A stretch of 64,000 nt of DNA from Perna viridis. Its lineage: Eukaryota. The DNA lies in contig CM074515.1 in NCBI GenBank assembly GCA_037379345.1, forward strand, positions 26,288,001 through 26,352,000, written 5' to 3'. The notes beneath the pieces are model-generated. The model had not been told where the DNA came from and did not search any database. It worked only from the letters and a program-made list of their open reading frames with translations. Of this stretch, positions 51,580 to 64,000 are shown one piece after another. How positions within the stretch are numbered: the first letter of the stretch is position 1; each line of letters opens with the position of its first letter. The translations under genes and the position numbers were made by a program.

Positions 51580-51728
51580 GGGACAGGAATCAGTGGTTGA
51601 AGGGGTGGGGAACAGTGGTAAAGGGACAGGAAACAGTGGTTGAAGGGGTGGGGAACAGTGGTAAAGAGGACAGGGAACAGTGATTGAAGGGGTGGGGAAC
51701 AGTGGTAAAGGGACAAGGAACAGTGGTT
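51580..51728. repeat. G-rich tandem repeat, unit about 43 bp, x3
   Basis: cagtggttgaaggggtggggaacagtggtaaagggacaggaa repeated. Confidence 0.9.
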
Positions 51729-52489
51729 CCATTATTACGACACTGTTTGTGAGTTACACAGGTGAACATCTGGCAGTTGTGTTGGTTTATTCTAATTTGG
51801 ATAATGCATTTCTGATGCTTTATATACTAGACCATCATCTAAAATGAACTAGCAGTTGATTTATGTGATAATCCTTGAACAGTTGCAAAAGGTACGAATT
51901 TATGTTAGGCCGAATTGACCCATTTGCATTCACAATTTGAGTTGTTTAGCTCCCTGGTGTAAGGTACCCTCATTACTACCCATGCCCTTCTCTTTTTGGT
52001 GAGAATCTCTTCATGGGTTAGGCCGCTTTTGTCTGAATAGACTGACCATGTTAATGTTATTAAATGATACGTTAAACTTGTTAAATGTTTTTTTACTAGA
52101 TAAAGAAACACATTTTATAAACCTTTGTTTTCTTTAGGTTAGTTTTTAAATTTAAGTTGCTAATATTGTTATCAACTTCTTGCATTCTTAATTTCTATAA
52201 ATTTGCGTATGATTTGCAAAAGTTTATATTACTACTCCACATTAATCTGCTTATCAGTGCCATGTTTAATGTCATAACTTCATATTTCAGGCTTTATACG
52301 AGATCAAAATATACCTCTAAAATATCATACGCACGTTCTATGTATAATTTTTGCTTGTATGAGAATGGGAAGTTTACATTAAATGATGATATAATAGGTT
52401 AGCATTGAACATTACCCAATTTCCCATTCAGACACAGCTAGGGGCTCGTTACAATTGAATATATAGGTCATATATACATTATTAGCACC

Positions 52490-52491
<2 letters not shown>

Positions 52492-52576
<85 letters not shown>
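52492..52576. repeat. (AT)n microsatellite
   Basis: About 42 uninterrupted AT units. Confidence 0.98.
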
Positions 52577-52578
<2 letters not shown>

Positions 52579-54839
52579 CCATTGCCATTTCTTTAATATG
52601 TTCCTAATCTGGTTCTCGGGTCAATATCTACTAATTTACATAAAATTACAAGTTACTCTCAAATTTTGAACACCCAAATATTGCTGAAAATTTGAGAGTA
52701 ATTTGTGGAATGAAAACATTACCTGCACTTCCTTGTAACCGATTGTTTTGATCGTAAACCATTCAGGTAATCATGGTTACAAAAGAGTAATCATATCAAG
52801 GGAACCATGATTCTAGTGGAAGTCACTCATTTGTAGAGCATATGGCATTCATGTTGAAAGCAAGCCAAAACCAGTTGCATAAAATATTTGATTATTAGTG
52901 ACTTTGAAGACTTCAGTCTTTGATTTTTATGAATCGTCAGAGTCTCATTAAAAGGGCTGAGTATTGAAAAAAAAATACTGATGTATACAATTGTATACAG
53001 CATATATGTTAACCTTGGAAAATTCATAAACAGGAGGTCTCCGTCTCAAAATTTTCTCAAAGTGAGAGATTTGCTGAGGTTTTGTGTTTGAACATGTTTT
53101 ATGTTCAGCAACAGACCTTATTTGAACTTACACAAATGTATATAGTGGGTTTACCCCATCCTGGCGGTCAAAATATTAAGCCTCCAATAAAAATTCAAAA
53201 AAAAAAATTTATGGACATGTTTTGTTTCTACACACATACCCTGGATATACTTCTATTAAATGTCAAAAAAATATTATGATTGTAAATGCTGACAGACTCA
53301 ACGAATGGATGAATGACAAGTGACATGGGCCACCATTATTGTTTTTGTTTAACCTGGTTCAGGTGCAAAGGTGAAATTCATGGTCATGTGTGCATTTAAT
53401 TATCATCTGATTTTAGTGAGGAATGTCTCCTACAAAGCAGATAATCAGTACAGTTTGTTTATTTTAGGTTGAAAATCGATATTAAAATAGGAATCTTATT
53501 TTGAATTCATACACAGATTTTGTAGGGTGAACAGTAAATCACAATGGTGAATTTATATTCTGAACAATTGACCTTATATGGAATGTTGAGCTGATTTGAG
53601 TATGTTAGTAAACACCTCTTGACCTAACCTTGATGAAGTATGATCCACACTGTCAGGCCTTATTCTTCTTTCACAAAAAATGTCCAAATTTGTGATTGCA
53701 CCAAAAGCAGGCTAAACCACTATATTCAATTTCAATGTGACAATTTCTTGTGACATCTCTGACAGATGACAAGCAATGTTTTCCTCCACTTGAATGATAG
53801 TAAATTAAATTATCTTCTCAGAGGATCGATAGGTTTTGACATGAATTTGTTTTTTTTTAGGATTTTAAGTTGAACATTCATTTTAGATGGTCATGTAAGA
53901 GGGAGACTGTTGAATATTGATTTTTTTTTAAGAAGTATTTCATATTTTACATTACATAAGAGTTCTTAGTAGCCTTAATATTATTTTAATTGCATAAATG
54001 TGCAACAGTTGGACTTATATTAAGAAGTCTTAATTATGTCTTTTAGTTTGGGAATTGCTATGGGAATTTACTGAGCACCTTTCTAGTATAAGACAACTCA
54101 GAAATGGATTTTTTTTCAGTTTTTCCATGATAAGTTTACACAGTAGTATTTTTTCGTTTTGTCAAACTTTATTTAGGAGACAATTGTTTAGGCCATCAAT
54201 TTAATAGTGTTAATTTCAGAGAGTGAGAGAAAAAAGAACAATATGGAAGTTCCTGATTTAGGGTAGGGAGTGTAAACAGTTATATTTCCATAAATTTGTA
54301 AAAGAATGTTGCTTAATAACATGGCACAGCTCTGTAGGTCTTTTCACCTAAGTAGAGGGTTGGACAGCTAAGGAGGTAGAATATAGGGGGTTGGGAGGTG
54401 GGAGAAAATAAATGTAAAATATGTTTCAAAAGGAAGGAAAAAACTACAGTCTAATCAAAAATGTGAATTGTTGCAAATTAATTCCAAAAGATTTTTAAAT
54501 GAAATATATAATTTTTCTCAAATACTGTTAATAGGAAACAGATAGTCTGGATTATCTGTCTTTTTTTTTCTATATCTTTTGAAGAATTTTTTTCAGGGTG
54601 GGTGATTGTGAGGTTGAAGGTGGTACCCCCCTTTTCTACCCCCTCATAGTAAATTTTAACCAAAATTAATTTTGAATAGCAAACCTAGTGCTCAAAGTTA
54701 TATATGGCAGCAAATTGGACTTAAGGGAGATACATGTAATTTAAATGCATTAGGATAGTAATAAACTTGCATCATTGATTTGCCAACTTGAGAAAAATAT
54801 GTTCTGCTTTTTCAGTTGTTTATGTTGGTAACTTAACAA

Positions 54840-55907
54840 ATGGCTGCAGCAATCTTAAGTAACAAGGAACAGACGACTTCAATTCGAGCAAAAGCCCAGA
54901 AGGAAGGTAAGGGGAAGAATGAAAAAGGAACAAAACCCAAAGTGAAAAATGTTTTAATGCCCCTTACACAGAAATCAATACTTAAGCTAGAGCATGATGT
55001 AGAAGATAATATTTCTACTAAGTTAAAAGAATGTTTAGCTAAATTTTCTGTTCCTAAGAAAATTAGCAAAAAACAGACAGATGAAGAAAAGGAAGCCATC
55101 ATAGATAGGAAAAAACTGTTACGTTCGCAGATAGTATTTGGTGTAAATAATGTTACTAAATCTTTAGAGAAGGACCTGTTACGGCTAGTATTAACATGTT
55201 CAACTGCTGATCCACCAATATTGACTAAACATCTGGTTGAATTAGCTACCACAAGAAACTGTGTTGCAATCTGTATGAACAATTTGAATGATATTTTAAT
55301 GAATATAGTTAGCTTTCGATCTGTAGCTATTGGGTTTTTGAAACCAACAGAGAATATGGCAAATGATTTTGGAGACTTTGTTCAGTCTGTTAATTCTGTA
55401 GCACCAAAGTTTTGGCAAGATGGAAATGAAAGCACTGGAATTTTAGTGTCCCAAAATAAGGACCCTGACAGTGAAGTAAAGGTTCGTTCTACAACAGAAA
55501 AAGCAGAGACTTCAAATTTAGAAAACATTAAAACCGAGACTACAAATTCTGAAAAACACAAAAGTATGGAAACCATCGAAAAAGAAGATAGTGACATCTG
55601 TGATGAAAATGAGAGTAACAATTTGGAAAATTTAGCAGACTCAAAACAGGAAAGTGAACCAGAGGACTTCTCTAGATTTTATGTTTTTAAGAAAGACTTA
55701 CCAGCATCATCTCTAGTTCCAGATTTCATTCCATTTATGTCAGATTCTGATGCAGAATCAGAGGAGGAAGTACATGTAGAAACAAAAAGACCCAGGCTTA
55801 TTAAAGAATTGGAGGAGTATAAATCTGTCAATGTAGGGAAAATGAGACACAATGAAAACAAGAACAAATCTAAAAAGAAGAAGCTAAAGAAGAAAAGTCG
55901 AAATTAG
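54840..55907 (+). CDS. RPP38: Ribonuclease P/MRP protein subunit p38-like (L7Ae domain), single coding exon
   Basis: 355-aa ORF with LRSQIVFGVNNVTKSLEKDLLRLVLTC..ADPPILTKHLVELATTRN...SVAIGF (L7Ae/RPP38-type), an acidic linker and a lysine-rich C-terminus. Splice acceptor at 54815 before the ATG; AATAAA at 55911. Confidence 0.85.
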   Translation: MAAAILSNKEQTTSIRAKAQKEGKGKNEKGTKPKVKNVLMPLTQKSILKLEHDVEDNISTKLKECLAKFSVPKKISKKQTDEEKEAIIDRKKLLRSQIVFGVNNVTKSLEKDLLRLVLTCSTADPPILTKHLVELATTRNCVAICMNNLNDILMNIVSFRSVAIGFLKPTENMANDFGDFVQSVNSVAPKFWQDGNESTGILVSQNKDPDSEVKVRSTTEKAETSNLENIKTETTNSEKHKSMETIEKEDSDICDENESNNLENLADSKQESEPEDFSRFYVFKKDLPASSLVPDFIPFMSDSDAESEEEVHVETKRPRLIKELEEYKSVNVGKMRHNENKNKSKKKKLKKKSRN

Positions 55908-57575
55908 TTGAATAAAATAATGCTGTTGTACTACATACCATATTTAATTATACTGTACAGAACCTACCATAATGGTACCTCTCCAGTTCCCCAAAGTTTG
56001 CTGTACTTGTATATTCCTGACACATTTATTCACTATCATGAAATAGAACAAAGCTTTTAAATCTGCTCCATGACCTGTTGTTAATTTAAATTTGTAAAGA
56101 AAAAGAATTATTTTAAGTGCCTTTTATCTTATATAGGAACAAAGATTGGGATTAATCATAACAGTAGATACCAACTATTTTGTCAATATGTTGGGACAAG
56201 TTTTTTTAGTTTTTTTTTTCAATTATGGACAGGAAAAAATGTCCTTCAATTTAACTAATTAGATCTTCAAAGAAAAATTTCTATCTCCCACTGTTGCTGA
56301 AAAAAATATTCTCACTCTTGCATGAAAGAAAAATTCTCTCTTTTTTGAATTTCTAGATATCTATTGATCACATGCAATAGCTTTAGACAATCAAGTATAA
56401 TTGGGTTCATCTATAAAGTGTCCTTGGTAACCAGAAATTGAGGATTACAGATGTTCTTATATTCCTTTTAATGAAATTATTATTTCTCTTTTTTATCAGT
56501 TTAAAAAGTTCAATATATAATACAATTAATGAATTATCCATTTTTCCTTGAAACTGTCATAGCAAAAGGTGAAATTTATTTGGAGTTGTCTAAATACACT
56601 CTTCTCCCATTGTACCTTTTCCTGTGTACTCCCAAAATGAAACATTCTATAGATATTAATAGTTTAAAACCAATGTCTTGTGCTATGCAGATAGTCTCCC
56701 TTTGAATAATAGTTTTACCACTTTTTACCAAAATGTATTGCAAAGTAGAACTAACCCACTGAAGACATTGTTTGACGATGCTACACTTAACCTGTGTCAA
56801 CAACGGTGAAAGCAGTTATAGTTGCTGCTTCACTCCATCCGTCCGCCTGTCACGCTTAATGGGAACGTATTTTGTATAACATTTAACTCAAGAAGTATAT
56901 ATTTAGGTTGCAGACCACCAATTCAACCAATGAGCATTTGCAAAAATAGTCCTACGCAGAAATTACCCCTGTTCCTCATAGTGCTGTGAAAAAAGTTCTC
57001 ATCTTATTTAAAAAATTTAAACAGTTTCTGAAAGGAAAAACATTTCTGTACATTTTATAGGTGCATTTTGCTTCTTGTGATGTGAAGCCTAATCTCCATA
57101 ATGATTTTTAAATATACCCCTATCTTGTAAAAACACTGGGATTTCCCATGCTATTTATAGACCCTTCACTTCCGGTGACCAGTACTGCACTGCAAGTCTG
57201 CTAACCCCACATGCCATTCTGAGGATTGTGAGCTGACATATGTAGAATCATGCTGATATATAGTCCTCTGGCGGTTAAAGTTAAGGTAAAGTCCAGAGAA
57301 GCCATTGAATATTGTGAAATTAGCATAGAAGCCTATGGGAAGTGGAATTAGTGGTTTTTAGCCTATAACCAATATAGGAGGTGGACCCTCCGTTTAGAGA
57401 CATTCGGTAAATCTTGAACAAGTCGGACTTCGCCATTTTTGTCACTTTATATTGTGGACTTGCTTACTTAGTGCAATCTGTATTATTCGAAATTTGCGGT
57501 GTTTACATACACGTTGAAGTCAAGATGTGCATAGTATATAATAAGACAATTTGACAATATTACCATATTTTTTTA

Positions 57576-58293
57576 TTTTTATGCCGCCGCAACGTTCAGT
57601 TGGGGGTTTATTGTAATACCCCTGTCCGTCTGTCCGTCCCGCTCAGGGTATATACTTATTTCACTTAACTCCTTCTGCAGTATTTAGGTTAGGTAGTTGA
57701 TACTTTGCAGAATGATTATATCTGGATTGAAGATGTGCATTATATCAGGTTTTGGTTTCTATCAATATTAAACATTTTATAGATAGTTGGACTTATTCAT
57801 TGTGTCACCATTTTGAGCGAATAAGGTACATGTCTATTCCGGATAACTCCTCCTACAGTATTTAGGTTAGGAAGTTGATACTTTGCAGAATTATTATATA
57901 TGTATTGAAGATGTGCATTATTTCAGGGTTTTCATTTCTATCCATATTTGACATTTTTATGCATAGTGGACTTCTTCATTTTGTCACCATTTTGACCGAA
58001 TAAGGTACATGTCTATTCCGGATATCTCCTCCTACAGTATTTAAGATGGGTAGCAAATAATTTTGAATTATCGTGATGGTTATATACAACTTGTGGAAGA
58101 TCCTACACACAAGAGTGGATCAGTTCGTTCCTGTAGACCAATGCTATCAAATCAGGACATTTTCAACTTCTTTCTCTGATCATAAAACTGTCGCCATTCT
58201 AAAGAATTAAAGCTTGTAAGTATAAATTGACTTTTATACATATCAGAAAATACATGCGGGGGCATCAAATGTGTCTCTCAGACACAAAAATCT
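57576..58293 (+). mobile_element. Helentron-associated non-autonomous element (HINE/DINE-1-like) with about 178-bp central tandem repeats
   Basis: 5' tttttatgccgccgca, a (gtcc)-type microsatellite, repeat units starting near 57668, 57845 and 58024, then a 3' tgcggggggcat inverted copy followed by the hairpin tgtgtc-tctca-gacaca. Similar decayed elements at about 22131-22420, 27710-27965 and from 59816. Confidence 0.7.
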
Positions 58294-61200
58294 TCTCAAA
58301 GAATTTTGACAACCAAACATTATGCGGTAGCTGTGTTAAAATGGAGTGCGGGAGCATCCCTGTGTCTAGTTTTTATGTAACTTCGCCATTTTGTTGTGGA
58401 CGGTACTATACCCACTTAATCTGTAATCCCAAAAAGCATAGGATTAATTTAAATTCAAAAGTATATTTTTTTAACAATATGTAACAATTGAAAGCAAACG
58501 GACAAAAAATCTGCTAAAACGAACTCGGTAACAATTCAACAAAAGCATAACTAGGCGCTGCCAATTCGGAATAATAATTTTTCCAAACTGACGTTGAGAA
58601 ATACGTTTTGTACAATGTAGTCATCAGAAATCATATACATGTACAGAAAAAAATGTCTAAGTCGACCTCATTTGTCCCGATGGACTTATTCATTTTGGAC
58701 GGTGATGAAATACTTCAGTGCTGAAGGTTGACTGGTAAGCTACTTTCTGAATAGGAGTCATGGTTGGAGTAAGAAGGAATGGAATTCCAAACTTTTAAGT
58801 TGTGGTATGGTTGACGCAAGTGAACGACAAATTGTAAGCATATAATAATTTATTCCTTAAATTAGAGAAAAACTCGTTTTGAAGACACAGATGCTCAAAG
58901 TTGTCGAGTTCTGCACATCACAAAGACAAATCCAGGATTTAAAATTTTTGGTTTATAATTATGACCATAAACAAAAGACAAAAATGCATTTTCTCCAATT
59001 TTATGCAATTAATAATCTTCCATTTCAAGGGCACGATTAAACAATAACCAGTACAAGAAGTTTTATTTTGCCTGACCAAGTCCATATGATCCCTAATATT
59101 GCAATTTCTGTTGTTTTATGCGATGTGAATATAGACATATTGCGTTCTCAGTGATGAACACCCATATGTTTAGTTTTCTTTATATGAAATCTTCCAGTCT
59201 ACCGCATGTTGACTTAATTTTTATGTAGACGTAGCGTACGGTGTTGGTGTCATTTTTGGTAAGTAAACGTCGAAATCGGCAAAATTTGAGTCTTTTTTGT
59301 ATTGCGACGTACATCGTTCGATAATTGTTACATGTAAAAAGAAGTGTGCTTATTTAATTTTTTACATAAAAATAACACACACGACATGTTTTATTATTTA
59401 ATTATCCGATTCAATATTTATATTTCGTTCGTTTTGGTCAATTGAAATGATCAGATTACATCCTGAATGGTAAATAGTTTGGCATCAACCATTAAAAAGT
59501 GATTTGAAGGAAATTTCATCCTATGAGAAAATGTTAGGAATTATGAAAACAAATATCGTGATGTGCTAAAAAAAGTAAAACACCTTCACTAAAACAGAAA
59601 GCCAACAAACCTACAAACAAAATAAGTTAGTAGCACCCCCCCCCGGAAATCATATTGTGAAAGCGTATAAAGTGAATCGTTATATAATGTACATGTACTC
59701 GTTTCGAAATTTTATAAGGTGTGTTGCTAAACATAAAACATTTCTAAAAATTTCGAGAAAACAAAACCTTGGCAAATATCCATCTTTGAGAAAATTTGAG
59801 AGCGAAATCTCCCGTTCTTATTATACGACGAAAAAAACTTGCGGTCGTATAATGTTATGGTGCAGTCGTCGTCCGCGTCGTCGTCGTGGTCTGGGGACAC
59901 TCAGTTTCCGTGAGATCACTTTAGTTGTGGTTGTCGAATTGTTCTAAAATGTTGATATGATTTTACCAACAACTAAGAATATTCCTATTTAATTTGGACT
60001 TTGTTGCCCCTGCCGCTTTCGAAAAGGGGACCAAAAAGGGTAAAAATACTTATTTTATTAAAATCCATGTAGATTTTTTTTCGATTTTAAATATTCTATC
60101 TTTAAAGTGTTCTTTATTTATTTAGGCAAAACAAAGGTACAGCATATTTTATGTGCTTTGGACCGTTTTCAAGTTATAGGGGGGTCAAAGTTGGCAACGT
60201 ATAAAAACATTTTTATTATTTTTTTAGGGGCCGAATACAGTTTTAAATGAAGAAATCGATTCAACACAATTTGCCTTTTTGAACAATTTGTTCGAATTTC
60301 GCATGGTGTACGCATGAATAAATAAAATGTACAAATTTTAGATGTTGTGACATTTTGGTTAGACATAGACAAAATGCTGCGCTTAGATACGTGTTCAACC
60401 AAGTACCATTATTTTTAGAATATACTATCTGTAGCATATATACATGTAAAATTCAAACTTTCATAGTTATTAGTTCACTCAAAGCTAACGAAAAAGCTTT
60501 TGATAAAGAATGGGTAGCACGCAACGTGTGAAAAACGTCGGGAAAAAGAGAAGGTGACATCACAACATACGTGCGTATTTATCTACTATTAGACAACAAA
60601 ACTCATTATTTTTTAGAATAAACATGATATTCCGTATACTTACGCAGTCCTTTAAGTGTGAGTATACTTTGATAAAAATACAACTCGTTGTTATATTTTA
60701 CAACCGTAAGCAAGAAAGTAGCCAATGGCCAACGTCGAAAAAATTAAGTTTTTCGGTGTAGTACAGAAACTGAAGTACAGACAAAACGGATTTTATCGAA
60801 AAGTCTGATTGAACATTTTATATATATTTTCGTTGGGGTTATATAATAAATTGTCAGTATAGTTAATAAAAGTCCCGATTTAAAAAAGCTGTTCGCATAA
60901 CTTTTGTCTTCAAATCGGTTTCTTTCCATTTTTACAATGTCCACATCAAAGGGGGGACATTTGTGGTATTGTAATACGCTTTGATCATATCATTACGCCA
61001 TGAAAAATATGACATCGTCTGCACCATAAACTGCTCTTTCCAAAAAAGCTTGTTTTACCAAAATACGCCAAGAAACAAGTTAGATATATTGGTGAAATGG
61101 GAAGCAAGCATTTCTTAATGTTACCCGTCCACATATGAAAATGGACGTTCTTGTGATCGAAAAATGCTTTCCCACCACAAATAACGGCATCTTTCAAAGA

Positions 61201-61922
61201 TTTATGATTGTTATCCTAAAATAACAACCATTGTCGAACATTTTAATATCTATAAAGCATTTTGTAACTCCACATTCTAATAGCAATATTTCGGTTTTCG
61301 TAACCAGCCCCGATTCAATCGAATGTGACACCAACAACGTACGCAACGTCATTGTCTTAATTCACTAGAAGAAATAAAATTACTGCTTGTTCTATATGCA
61401 TTGCCATATAGCTTTGTGGTCTATAGTCTTATACGGAATGTTGTAATCTTTTGTTAAAATGTATTGAAAATCCTCATGGGATCCTTTCAATTTAAACTAA
61501 ACTATAAAACAGCCAGCTTGATTTTCTGCTGCTTTTTAATCATATTTTATTTCAGCTACATTCTACATGGACTATTTTCAATGTTTCCAAGCTTATAAAT
61601 TGCATATTTGTCTTGTCATCATTTTCTAACAGAAACAAATGAATGTCTGGCAAGATGATTTCCCGTTGGACTCCGAGCTAATTCGGTTTGACGATTTATA
61701 AGCTATTTGAATGTAAGTTATATTACACACGGAGGAATAAAATACTTCTTGGGAGCGGGACTCGTTGAAATTGTACGTCTAGGAATACGTGATGTTCTTA
61801 GAATAATCATAGTTTCATTTTGAGTTATCATTTTCTCTGAATAATGTGAGTTATAATGAAGATACATCTTTGCACGTATCTATATCTATCTATCTATCTA
61901 TCTATCTATTGGTGTCTGTTTG

Positions 61923-62101
61923 AAAGAGTAATCAAGGTAACCAAGGTTATAGCGGTAATCAAAAGAATGTAATCCAGGGACAAAGACCAGACATGGAGAA
62001 CAGACATACACAACAAAGAACATAAAGTAACTAAAATCATACATACAAAATAACAAAAGCAAATGTGCAACTCGGACTCCACTAAAAACTGGGAGCATGG
62101 A
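61923..62101 (-). mobile_element. Penelope-like element 3' terminal fragment
   Basis: Near-identical to 16835-17013. Confidence 0.85.
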
Positions 62102-64000
62102 AGTATTGAAATTGGCTTAGTTTGATGTTTTGTTCTTAGTTTTGTGGGGGTACTTTGCCGATAAAGCCATATTTTGCATTTTGATTTCTTTTTGTTTTGA
62201 TGGAGAAGGGATAGGATCAAAATATAAAGCTAGAACTAAAATTAATAGTACAAAACTAGTTTGGTCCATTTTGACATATTACAAACAGCTTGGCATATTT
62301 ATTTACACTAAAATATCCAGGATAGAAGACTTATCCTTCATTTTGTGCGCGATGTATATGGTTTATGCATTGACTGTGAATTTGTATTAAGGTACGTAGA
62401 TCATACTTATTATATGGAACATCCTTTTCTGCCATCTTGCAAAATCATATTTACTTACGTTTTCTAAAAACTAATATTTTTTTGAAATGTTGTAAAAATG
62501 ATATATTTTAATGATTTCAATTAAACGATTTTTTTGTCATTTAGTATTTTTATGGTAAAGTTAAGTATCACTCCAGGTACTAACCACACAAATTATGAAA
62601 GCCTATATATTTTTCTTTTTGATATTTTGTTTAAATTGTTATAGTTAACTGATATTAACATGTGGCTTTTCATATAACCCGCGCTCTTAGGAGATAAAAA
62701 ATATGTAGAACATACTGTAGAATTCAAAATTAAGGGAGATAACCTTCTAAATAACACTAAAATACAATGGAAACTATTGAATTTTTCATGTGGATTATCT
62801 CCTAAGAGCAGACACATTGGAATGAATGACATTACAATTCATCATATAGACACACAAAACAACTTTATAGCAAAAATAAAAATGAATATCGTTTTTGGGG
62901 TGTATCACCTATTACAGAATTTGCATGATTCTTACAAGGACTGCTACTTGAAAACATAATTTTTTTTATAAAGCCTCTTTTAAGGAGAGATAATTAGTGG
63001 AAGAGTTTTTTCTAAGGGGAGAAAATTGGCTTGAAAATATTCTATTTGAATGTGTAGGGAATTATAGTTTTTTAATAATTGCAACAAAAAGAGTTTGGTG
63101 ACCACCAATTTTCATTTTGAAATATGAAAGAAAGTCAGTTAAGCGTTCGATACGTAAAGTTATAAGAAATTTTATCTACATTTTTTTAAGTTATAGCGAA
63201 ATATTGAAAAATCTCTACATAATCATATAAAGTGTAGGATGCACAAACATCTCAAAATCTAGTTTGGCTACCTATTTTTTGTATTAAAATTTAAAGATAC
63301 TTGTTTTAATTATTGAATTCAGAAATTAAACCTACAATGCATCTACGAATGATATGTATATATATATTTGCATTTTGGTTTTATTTTATTGAAAATAAAG
63401 TATAGATTGTCACAAAAAATTCGAATATCATTTATGAGACATGAAAAGAAATTATAATTCAATTCTATATGAGGTCCAGATTTGCTACCGAAAAGTCCCT
63501 CTGTGCATCACCCACCCCGCTCCAGTGAAACCGACCCTGTACCTAATTATATTGCGTCTCCAAATTCAACTGGAATGCCATGGAATCTGCTGTAGTAGTA
63601 ATACTTGTGAAACAGCGTTGATATCACCATACAAAGTAAAGGAATTGTCATTCGTTAACTAACAGATCTTCCGTTCTAAGTCTGTGATTTCGTCTTGATT
63701 AGATAAGTCTGGTAAACGTTCATATAAAATGGAATTAATTGATGGTATCAGTGCCCTTTCAGTCATTACAATCACGCGAAATTCAAATACAATGTAAGTT
63801 CATTAAAGGCGAACTGATAGTCATCCTATCTGATAGTCTTCTATGCTTAACAAACATTTTATGCGACCCAGATGGAATCTTATTTCTCCAATTTGAAGCC
63901 AGTGATTAAAAATACACGTGGCCCTGTGAGAGGTTTTCCGCCATTTTACATTTTCCTAGTTTTTTCTTCTTCAAATTTCATTGGAGAAAACGACTCTTCT

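Noticed and set aside
54833-55867. Minus-strand ORFs overlapping RPP38 (and similar ones over speriolin and the copia)
   Set aside because: Antisense shadows of real coding sequence.
56576-56803. 75-aa minus-strand ORF as a gene
   Set aside because: No recognisable domain, non-ATG start, and no compatible neighbouring exons found.

Overview
AT-rich, intron-containing animal genomic DNA. The repeat content (Penelope-like elements, GalEa-type copia, Helentron-associated elements, frequent TACATGTA) suggests a bivalve mollusc; this is inferred, not proven. Genes reconstructed by hand from splice sites and reading-frame phase: (1) last two exons of a GDAP1-like tail-anchored GST-family gene (+, 912-4737); (2) a convergent GDAP1-like paralog (-, 6241-8872) that appears broken, with its middle exons absent and a Penelope-like retroelement in their place; (3) a 4-exon speriolin/SPATC1L-like gene (+, 9850-13802); (4) a plasmolipin/CMTM-like MARVEL-domain gene (+, 31936-44895); (5) RPP38 with a single coding exon (+, 54840-55907). 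The most notable observation is in the MARVEL gene: three tandem, homologous versions of coding exon 3 that look like a mutually exclusive exon cassette varying the second extracellular loop. A candidate RNA stem brackets the middle variant, and a decayed copia LTR retrotransposon sits just after the third. The rest is transposon-derived sequence and tandem repeats, plus a few unexplained hairpins and a degenerate hammerhead-like motif. Most short ORFs in the supplied track are spurious.
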